Source: a virus. From it: DNA of 44,415 nucleotides. Under the pieces are notes generated by a model that ran no database searches, was not told where the DNA came from, and saw nothing but the letters and a program-made list of their open reading frames with translations. Both the position numbers and the translations under genes were made by a program. The DNA lies in IMG/VR virus record IMGVR_UViG_3300037420_000784, positions 1 to 44,415 of that record; one strand, 5' to 3'. Shown in pieces: positions 23,534 through 30,284 of this stretch (position 1 is its first letter; each line of letters begins with the position of its first letter).

Positions 23534-25265
23534 TCCGCTGCTTGTTGGTGATGATGGAGGCCATCGCCACGCCGTCGCTCTTCCGGCTCAAGGTGGCCTC
23601 GATTAAAATCCCGTCCACATCCTCTTCCCAGACAGAGGCCCGGTAGATAATTGAATCGTCCGGGGAGCAATTGGCGAAATAGCACACATCGCGTGCGATC
23701 GTGCTGAACTCGGTCGAAAGCCTCGAGCCGCCAATGGCATTGGCGCAGAGGTCGGCAATCGTCGGATAGGCCGCGAAATAGAGCAGGCCCACCCCGTTGA
23801 TATCGTGCGGCGGTTGAAGCGCATATTCCGTCTCGTGCAGAACGGGCTTGGCCTCTGCCGAGCGCCGCTCCCGATATTCCAGCCCGAATGCCGGCATGGA
23901 TTCCAGCGCAGGGATAGGACAGCCTTCAGGGATATGCGGCTGGCCCTTGAGCAGCGAAGTGTTCTGGCCATGCTCGCCGAAGCGGGCGAAGCTACTCATC
24001 ACCTGGGCCTTGAGCGAGCCCGTTGGGGCATCCAGCTCGGCATCCCCGAAGAAGATCCCGGCCCCTAGTCGACTTGCGCTCATATCGATCGAGAAGGCGT
24101 CATTCTCCCGGAACGAAGTCAGGGGTTGTTCGGCTTCCCAGCGCACACGGGTGAAGGTGGCGTAGAGACGTGATCCGGTATCGTCCGCGATGGCCGCGCT
24201 GGTGGTATCGAGACCTCGGGTGATGTTGGCCCAGTGGATATCCCCAAGCTCCTTGAACAGCCATGCCTCCGACAGGCCGCTGAGCGCCATCTGGGGCATG
24301 TTCAGGAGGTAGGAGCGCTTTTCCCCCGCGCCATGGGCTTCGGTGGCCGGTGGGGCAACCTGCGCCATCGTGGGGGCGATATGGATCGTTTTGCCTCCGG
24401 GAATGCGCAGCATGTCGCGCGGCGTCTGTATCCGCCCCCAGGCCGCGTCGCTGATCGAGGCTTTCCCTACTGCCTCGAGCGAGAGCCGGAGATTGATCAG
24501 ACCGAAACTGTCGATAGGCAGCTCCGACAGAGGCGTATCCCAATCGTCGAACTCCGGCATTTCCTTGCGCAGGCATTCGAGCAACTGGGCTTCGGTGAAA
24601 AGCGGTGTTTCAGGCTCGACATCCTGGACCTTGGAGAAGTCCGGAACCTCCCGGCAAATCCGCGTGATGAAGGATATCGCCCCGCCTACGCTGGGATTGG
24701 TCAAGAACTCCGGGATATGCGCCGTGGCGGCCTTCAGGTCCTCGGGCTCGAGTTCCCACCAACGGGTCGCTTCCAGCGCCTCGATAACATCGGGGGGAAA
24801 GCGGAACCGAGCCAATATGGCGGGCGCGCCGATCATGATCGCATAGGGCGGAACGTCCCGTGAGACGACCGCCCCGGCCCCGATCACGGCACCGCGTCCG
24901 ACACGCTTGCATTCCGGGGTGATGATGCAGTTATGGCCTAGCCATACGTCATCCTCTATGACGGTCTGGCTCGAATGGACCTGATCATCAGCGACGAGGC
25001 CCATGCTCTTCATGTAGAAGACGGGATGGGTCGAAAGCGATCCCGTGGGATGGTTCGCGTCGATGATCCGGGCAGATCCGGCAATCGAGCAATAGCGCCC
25101 TATCCGGGTCCCCGGAGGAATGCGCCAGCGGTCGAAGGCGCCTATCGTATGGCCTCCGATCTCGATACCGTATTTTCTTGCGAAGCGGCTCCGGAGAGCG
25201 GTGCTGTTGGCATGGTCGCGGATCAGCTTGACCAGCGCCTTGTCGACCAGATTTTGAACCATCAC
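23517..25265 (-). CDS. tri-domain fusion: hexapeptide (XAT/Vat-type) acyltransferase + ACP-like domain + LnmK-like double hot-dog domain
   Basis: 582 aa. Residues 1-190 carry IGRYCSIAGSARII, STHPVFY, DDVWLGHNCIITPECKRVGRGAVIGAGAVVSRDVPPYAIMIGAPAILARFRF and WWEL. Residues ~225-290 carry LSELPIDSFGLINLRLSLE. Residues ~315-582 carry MPQMALSGLSEAWLFKELGDIHWANI and HDINGVGLLYFAAYPTIADL. Confidence 0.75.
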   Translation of the reverse strand: MMVQNLVDKALVKLIRDHANSTALRSRFARKYGIEIGGHTIGAFDRWRIPPGTRIGRYCSIAGSARIIDANHPTGSLSTHPVFYMKSMGLVADDQVHSSQTVIEDDVWLGHNCIITPECKRVGRGAVIGAGAVVSRDVPPYAIMIGAPAILARFRFPPDVIEALEATRWWELEPEDLKAATAHIPEFLTNPSVGGAISFITRICREVPDFSKVQDVEPETPLFTEAQLLECLRKEMPEFDDWDTPLSELPIDSFGLINLRLSLEAVGKASISDAAWGRIQTPRDMLRIPGGKTIHIAPTMAQVAPPATEAHGAGEKRSYLLNMPQMALSGLSEAWLFKELGDIHWANITRGLDTTSAAIADDTGSRLYATFTRVRWEAEQPLTSFRENDAFSIDMSASRLGAGIFFGDAELDAPTGSLKAQVMSSFARFGEHGQNTSLLKGQPHIPEGCPIPALESMPAFGLEYRERRSAEAKPVLHETEYALQPPHDINGVGLLYFAAYPTIADLCANAIGGSRLSTEFSTIARDVCYFANCSPDDSIIYRASVWEEDVDGILIEATLSRKSDGVAMASIITNKQRISQAT

Positions 25266-25274
25266 GCTTTCTAC

Positions 25275-25293
25275 CCTCCCTCGGGAAGGGAGG
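25275..25293 (-). promoter_or_regulatory. stem-loop pairing the acyltransferase Shine-Dalgarno (AGGGAGG) with CCUCCCU
   Basis: A 7-bp perfect stem (25275..25281 with 25287..25293) and a 5-nt loop. It lies between the tailspike stop and the acyltransferase start, and may also act as a terminator-like element. Confidence 0.5.
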
Positions 25294-25322
25294 CAAGGCG
25301 GCAGGGTTCTCGTCTTAGGACA

Positions 25323-27971
25323 CTAGCCGTTCGCTCCAATAGGAGTTACGCCCGCAACGCGTTGAACCCCGGCATATGTCCAGCCAGGCCGCGCGCTGGC
25401 GCAAGTCGGGACGCTTGTGCCCGCCGTGATCGTAAAGGCCGCGTTAGTGGTCACCGACCCGACATTTCCGGTGCCCGGAAGCGTGCCGCGGCGCGCGCGG
25501 TTGTTTTCGTACAGGGCATTTTCCGGCGCGCCTGGGAACGAGCCGCTTTCGTTCTCGAAAGCCTCCATCAGGCAATCCACGACCGACAGCCCATCGGCAC
25601 AGGCACGGCTGGGCGGTGTGGGTGTCTGATCGTCCCGGAACAGGAACCCGGCGGTATTGGCGACGGCCTGTGTCGGGCCGCTGAAGATCGTGGAGGTGCG
25701 AAGGCTGAAATTGGTGATCGCATCCACCCATTGTGCCAGGACGCCCGTCTCCCCGCACGACAGGATGCAGTCCTTCCAGAAGATATTCTTGGCCGACTTT
25801 ATGAGCCCGTATTGCTGGCCTGCAGCAACTGTTATCGCCTTCGAAAGCGTCCCGGCCTGGGCGGCATAGGTGACGATTCTCGCATACTGGCCCTTGTTCG
25901 CACCTGTGCGGATCTTGAGGAAGTCCTCTCCGGCGACGGGTGAAATCGCGACGCTGGTCGTGTAGGTGTTGCCAGTCCCGGTGATATCGATGGTTCCGGA
26001 TTGCGCAGCCGTGGTGTTCGCAGGCTGGAGCAGCATTAGGTTGCCGATAGCCGCGCCCGACGCCTTCCAGCGATAGACGAACAGGCCGTCCGGGCATGGA
26101 TTGGCCGCGCCCTGCGTTGCGTACTGGCAGAGATCGGCGTGACCGATAATGGCGCCGACGATCTGGTCTCCGACGCTGGTAAAGCCGGTCGCGGTCGAGA
26201 AATCGCCCGAGACGATCAGGCCCGTCATGGTGCAGGTATGCGTGCCAGATCCCGCCGAAGAGGTGGCGATGGCCGCGCCGCCGCGCGTCGCTGCGATCTG
26301 GAAGCTGTTCGCGGTAAAGCCGGTGGCGATGATATAGTACGTCGTGCCCGCCGTAATGCCGGTTGGGAGGGCGCCCGTGGTGGTGAAGACGACCGGAGTT
26401 CCGACAATCAGGCGATGGCCGGTCGCGGAAATAACCGCCGGAGTGGCATTGCTGATCGTCGCCGTGAACGCGCGGTTCTGCGCCTGAAGATGGGCACCTC
26501 CATACCAAAGGCTCTCATCATTCCCACCCGTGCCCGAGGCGCGGCTGCCACCATTGAGACCGTTGGTCGCGTTGGTGCCGGTCTTCCACTTGTAGAAGCT
26601 TGCCGGCTGGTCGTTCGGATTGGCCTGGATAGTGACCCCGCCGACGCCGTTGATTTCGTCGACCGCGATATAGGTCGCGCCCGTGCCGTCGTAGACTGCC
26701 TCGTTGATGGTCAGGTGATCGACATCGTGGCGGCGCTGCGGGAATGGCGTATCAATGGCGATATTGCCGTTGACCAGCCGCGTGTTGTTCATCGTGTTCA
26801 CGATGCCCGAAATATCGGCTGAGATGTACAGAACGTCGAAGGTGATATTCCCGACGATGTTGCGCGCCAGGCTTAGCTGCGTCATCCCGATCATCGAGAT
26901 GTTGCATTCGCGCGCCGAGTATTTCTGGCCCTCATTCGCGCGGAAGGTGTTCTGCAATATGCCGTAGTTGTAGTACCCGGTGCCAAGCATCGGAGCGGTC
27001 GCGGACTTCGCGCCGCCCTGGCGCCACCAGTTGCCGGTCTCCTGAGGGCCTCCGACCCCGTTGCTGTCGATATGATCGCACTTGTAGAAATCGACGAAGG
27101 TGGCGTTCGACACTTCGCGCCCGCTGATCTGGGCCATGGTCGCCCAGTCGAAGGTGATTTCCTGGAAATTGACCTGAGACAGCGCCACGCGCCACACGCC
27201 ATTGCCTCGGGTGATGCTGTTGGTCGTGCGGCTCAGCCACGTGATGGTGACGCTCGAACGGGTGTTGCCCACAGTCGGAGTGACGGTTACCTGGCGAGTG
27301 TTGACCGTGACCGTGTAGTTCGTGTCCTCGACATAGGAGCCCGGCGCAACGCGGAGGATGCCGCCCTTGAAGGCTGCGTCGGTCATCTGCGTCATCGCAT
27401 AGCCGATATGGCGCCACGGCGACCCGGCGGTGCCGGTATTGGCATCGCTGCCCGTGGTGGATACGAAGCGCTCGGCGCGCGTGAGCAATCCGGTCACGCT
27501 GGTATTGAGCGTACACGTCCAGGTGACCCGTTTCACATAGCCGTTGAGCGGGTAGATATCCGCGGTATAGGTCACTTCCCCATTGAAACCGGGGACGCTC
27601 TCGGGCTTGAAGTGGAAGGCCGGCAGCGAAAGTGTGGTGTTCCACGTCTCGGCGGTGATATCGGTAGCAGTCCCGGTGTAATCGTAGATGCGGACCTTCG
27701 CGATGTAGTTCGCCGCACCGCCGCCCACGTCTCCACCGATCGGACAAGTATAGGTCAGATCATCATTGATGCCATCATAACCAACCCAGATCTTTTCCGC
27801 CTCCAGGAACCCACCTCCGGCGGAATATGGCCACCCGCTTCCCTGCAGCGTGGCATCCACGGCAGGAGGCGCGACGGGGGTCGCGTTCATGAGAATGACG
27901 GGCACGGATGGCGCAACCGCCGCGCCAAAGCTCTGCGTCGCCGCCACCATGAGGATGTCTTTGAAGTTCAT
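25323..27971 (-). CDS. tailspike with right-handed beta-helix (depolymerase-type) domain
   Basis: 882 aa. RFVSTTGSDANTGTAGSPWRHIGYAMTQ...VAPGSYVED is the typical entry motif of pectate-lyase-fold tailspikes. The protein is long, Gly/Thr/Asn-rich and of beta-type composition. Confidence 0.75.
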   Translation of the reverse strand: MNFKDILMVAATQSFGAAVAPSVPVILMNATPVAPPAVDATLQGSGWPYSAGGGFLEAEKIWVGYDGINDDLTYTCPIGGDVGGGAANYIAKVRIYDYTGTATDITAETWNTTLSLPAFHFKPESVPGFNGEVTYTADIYPLNGYVKRVTWTCTLNTSVTGLLTRAERFVSTTGSDANTGTAGSPWRHIGYAMTQMTDAAFKGGILRVAPGSYVEDTNYTVTVNTRQVTVTPTVGNTRSSVTITWLSRTTNSITRGNGVWRVALSQVNFQEITFDWATMAQISGREVSNATFVDFYKCDHIDSNGVGGPQETGNWWRQGGAKSATAPMLGTGYYNYGILQNTFRANEGQKYSARECNISMIGMTQLSLARNIVGNITFDVLYISADISGIVNTMNNTRLVNGNIAIDTPFPQRRHDVDHLTINEAVYDGTGATYIAVDEINGVGGVTIQANPNDQPASFYKWKTGTNATNGLNGGSRASGTGGNDESLWYGGAHLQAQNRAFTATISNATPAVISATGHRLIVGTPVVFTTTGALPTGITAGTTYYIIATGFTANSFQIAATRGGAAIATSSAGSGTHTCTMTGLIVSGDFSTATGFTSVGDQIVGAIIGHADLCQYATQGAANPCPDGLFVYRWKASGAAIGNLMLLQPANTTAAQSGTIDITGTGNTYTTSVAISPVAGEDFLKIRTGANKGQYARIVTYAAQAGTLSKAITVAAGQQYGLIKSAKNIFWKDCILSCGETGVLAQWVDAITNFSLRTSTIFSGPTQAVANTAGFLFRDDQTPTPPSRACADGLSVVDCLMEAFENESGSFPGAPENALYENNRARRGTLPGTGNVGSVTTNAAFTITAGTSVPTCASARPGWTYAGVQRVAGVTPIGANG

Positions 27972-28495
27972 GGTGTGGGTCCGTTCACATTTACGCGGTG
28001 CTGCGCTTCAACCCAAGTGATCAGCGCATCGAGCTGGATCGCCTGTTCCGTCGCTAGGAGACGGTCGGCGATAGAAAATCCGTCACCGGGCGCTTCAAGA
28101 GCGGCGCTGGCGGAGACGGGTACGGTGGGCAGTTGCGCTGCTCCGGAAGCACGGGGATTGGCTTGGGCGTTGATGCGCAGCCTGAGAGTATCAGCGCGCT
28201 TGCGAGCATCGGCCAGACGAGCTTCGTAGTCATTGGACACCTCTTGCGTGATTTGCTGCTGTTCGGCTTTCACCCTCGCTGCGTTTACCAGATCGTCGGC
28301 ACGGGCCTTTGCGGCGGCTGCGCGGTAATCTGCCACCGTTCGGTCAAATGCCGCCTGTGTGGCTTCCTGGCGCTTCTGCCAGTGCCTCGCGTCGCTGCGG
28401 GCGATCAGCAGGGCAACGGTGAGCGAGAGGACGGCAGCGGCCCCGAGAAGGGCTTTCCAGTGCTTGGCGGCGAGGGCGATAGCTTCGGTCATCAC
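27968..28495 (-). CDS. i-spanin (Rz-like)
   Basis: N-terminal TM (ALLGAAAVLSLTVALLIA) followed by a coiled-coil with Ala/Arg/Gln richness. Follows lysozyme and a holin candidate. Contains an embedded lipoprotein ORF. Confidence 0.75.
   Translation of the reverse strand: MMTEAIALAAKHWKALLGAAAVLSLTVALLIARSDARHWQKRQEATQAAFDRTVADYRAAAAKARADDLVNAARVKAEQQQITQEVSNDYEARLADARKRADTLRLRINAQANPRASGAAQLPTVPVSASAALEAPGDGFSIADRLLATEQAIQLDALITWVEAQHRVNVNGPTP
28054..28233 (-). CDS. o-spanin (Rz1-like lipoprotein), fully embedded in +1 frame of the i-spanin gene
   Basis: Hand translation gives MTTKLVWPMLASALILSGCASTPKPIPVLPEQRNCPPYPSPPAPLLKRPVTDFLSPTVS. Lipobox LSGC, a Pro-rich mature part, and a GAGG RBS 6 nt upstream. 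At 59 aa it is absent from the ORF track. Confidence 0.8.
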   Translation of the reverse strand: MTTKLVWPMLASALILSGCASTPKPIPVLPEQRNCPPYPSPPAPLLKRPVTDFLSPTVS

Positions 28496-28686
28496 TTCAT
28501 ATTCACGTCGCCGGTTTCGGTCGAACCGGTGGGGGGATTCTTCGGTCGGAACGTGCCCAGCACGCCGATAAGGCCGGTCATGATGGCGAGGTCCGCGGGC
28601 TTGCCGGTGAAGGCGCCGAGCGCGGAGAGGACCACCAGCGCCACGATGATCGCGAGGAAGGCGATGAGGTTTTCGCGTTCGGTCAT
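28492..28686 (-). CDS. holin candidate (64 aa, two TM)
   Basis: Hydrophobic segments LIAFLAIIVALVVLSALGAF and LAIMTGLIGVLGTF. Lies between the lysozyme and spanin genes and is coupled to both. Confidence 0.55.
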   Translation of the reverse strand: MTERENLIAFLAIIVALVVLSALGAFTGKPADLAIMTGLIGVLGTFRPKNPPTGSTETGDVNMK

Positions 28687-29237
28687 GCCGCCCTCCCGTA
28701 CAACGCGGCCTCAGCAGCCCGGCGCTTCACCAGTCCATTGAGCTTCACGCCATTGTCGTTGACCCACCGGCCGAACTGGAGCTTGGCGGCGAAATAGTCG
28801 CCCTCATTGTGCAGGCGCCGTAGTGTCGATTCCTTGAGCTGCCCGGCGCCGAGATTGAAGGTGAAGCTCACCAGCGCGTCGAACTGGTTCTGCGTGGTGA
28901 TCGGGCAGAGCTTGCGCACCGCGTCTTCGGCTTCGACCACATCCCGGCGCAGCAGTTCGTCCGCCCGGGCCTCGGTGATGGTCTGGCCGACCTTCACGTC
29001 GGGGCCGGTGTGACCATAGCCGATGGTCCAGACACCGCCTGTGTCCTGATAGGCGACGAGACGCAGTCCTTCGCTGTCCTTGATGATCTGGAGGCCGGCG
29101 TCCGAAATGTGCTTCTCGGCGTCGTCACGAGGCACGCCAAGACTGTCCAAGGCATTGTCGAACAGCGCAACCGCGCCTTCACGGTTGAAGTCAGCGCCCG
29201 CTGCCCGGGCTGCGTCGAATACGGCTTTGCGGGTCAT
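28683..29237 (-). CDS. endolysin, GH24 (T4/P22-type) lysozyme
   Basis: The segment IKDSEGLRLVAYQDTGGVWTIGYGHTG carries the Glu/Asp/Thr catalytic triad pattern. FDALVSFTFNLG is also present. Confidence 0.9.
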   Translation of the reverse strand: MTRKAVFDAARAAGADFNREGAVALFDNALDSLGVPRDDAEKHISDAGLQIIKDSEGLRLVAYQDTGGVWTIGYGHTGPDVKVGQTITEARADELLRRDVVEAEDAVRKLCPITTQNQFDALVSFTFNLGAGQLKESTLRRLHNEGDYFAAKLQFGRWVNDNGVKLNGLVKRRAAEAALYGRAA

Positions 29238-29695
29238 TGCTTCCCTACCTTGTCGAGCTGATCGATCATCGAGAGCATGGCCGGGGAAAGGCCGTCGCCA
29301 TGGAGGCTTGCGGAGGTGATCTGGAATTGACGCATCTGCGCGACCATGCCGCTGATGATCGTGCGCAACTCATCCACTTCCCGGACGTGGGCGCGTCGAG
29401 CCGCTTCGTTCTCCTGCGCGTGCTCACGGCGGATCTCCGCCATCTCTTCGCGAAGCTTGCGCTGGCCTTCCATGCATTCCCCGTGCCGCGCGTCGCCGGC
29501 CGCGATCTGCATCTCAAGCCGCTTGATTTCGCGCTCGCGATGCTCCCGCTCTCGGGCAACCGAGTTGGACCATGAATCGAGCAGGGCCGGCAGTCCCTTC
29601 CACAGCATCCCGAGGAAGCTGGCCGCCATGATCCAGCCCGGGACGCTGCCCGCCCAGGCCGGGATATTCTTGAGGGATTCGAAGAACTCAGTCAC
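29234..29695 (-). CDS. membrane-anchored coiled-coil protein (lysis-cassette associated)
   Basis: 153 aa with an N-terminal TM (GWIMAASFLGMLW) followed by a charged helix. GTGA and ATGA coupling. Confidence 0.5.
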   Translation of the reverse strand: MTEFFESLKNIPAWAGSVPGWIMAASFLGMLWKGLPALLDSWSNSVAREREHREREIKRLEMQIAAGDARHGECMEGQRKLREEMAEIRREHAQENEAARRAHVREVDELRTIISGMVAQMRQFQITSASLHGDGLSPAMLSMIDQLDKVGKQ

Positions 29696-30150
29696 GCCGC
29701 CGCCGCTTGGCGATATGCTGGTAGCAGCGCACGAAAACGATCACGCACGCTGCGGCCAATACGGTTTGAAGCATGCCCACCCCCGGGAAACGCGACCGCG
29801 ACGATCATCCACACGAAGGTCGCGTTCAGCGCATGGAAGTAGGGGACGAGGAACGCATGACCGGTCAGGGCGTCGAGGACGTGAAGCTCGAGCCTGACAA
29901 AGGTGGTTTTGACGAAGATGGCGGACCAGTCGGTGCGCCGCGTCCACCATATCGGCAACGCGACGACACCGGCCCAGAGGTCGAGCAGCGGGAATGCCCA
30001 CAGTGCATTCAGCAGCCACGCGACATTCATCAGCGCCCATACTGCGATCAGCACCAGCGCAAGCCGTCGCACGTCGTGGTCCCCGGATTGCTCCGCGGAC
30101 CACAGCGCAACGGCCAGCGTCAGGCCGAAAAGGACGGGCACCGCGTCCAC
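29692..30150 (-). CDS. multi-pass membrane protein (152 aa; holin/antiholin or exclusion candidate)
   Basis: About four hydrophobic segments. GTG start directly after the upstream stop. Confidence 0.5.
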   Translation of the reverse strand: MDAVPVLFGLTLAVALWSAEQSGDHDVRRLALVLIAVWALMNVAWLLNALWAFPLLDLWAGVVALPIWWTRRTDWSAIFVKTTFVRLELHVLDALTGHAFLVPYFHALNATFVWMIVAVAFPGGGHASNRIGRSVRDRFRALLPAYRQAAAA

Positions 30151-30267
30151 TTAGCCACCCGGCGTCGGGGTAGGCGTGGGCGTCGGGGTCGGGCTGGGCG
30201 GTGGCTTCGGCGTCACCTGCAGATCATCCGGCGGAAGCGGCGGCAGTTCAGGCGGTTCGGTAGCCAT
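30151..30267 (-). CDS. Pro/Thr-rich microprotein (38 aa)
   Basis: AAGGAG lies 6 nt upstream of the ATG. Sequence MATEPPELPPLPPDDLQVTPKPPPSPTPTPTPTPTPGG. Confidence 0.45.
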   Translation of the reverse strand: MATEPPELPPLPPDDLQVTPKPPPSPTPTPTPTPTPGG

Positions 30268-30284
30268 GGTCTTCTCCTTGGTTG

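Noticed and set aside
24975-25943. 322-aa plus-strand ORF spanning the acyltransferase/tailspike junction
   Set aside because: It crosses an intergenic hairpin and two opposite-strand genes, and its composition is Arg-rich.
27072-28229. 385-aa plus-strand ORF, and 25444..26508 (354 aa, minus) and 26932..27747 (271 aa, minus) within the tailspike region
   Set aside because: Arg/His-rich alternative frames of the tailspike and spanin genes, with no independent start signals.
30155-30200. Short tandem CCGACGCC-like repeats (possible repeat array)
   Set aside because: These are simply codons for a (Pro-Thr)n low-complexity tract in a 38-aa ORF. There is no spacer structure, so it is not CRISPR-like.
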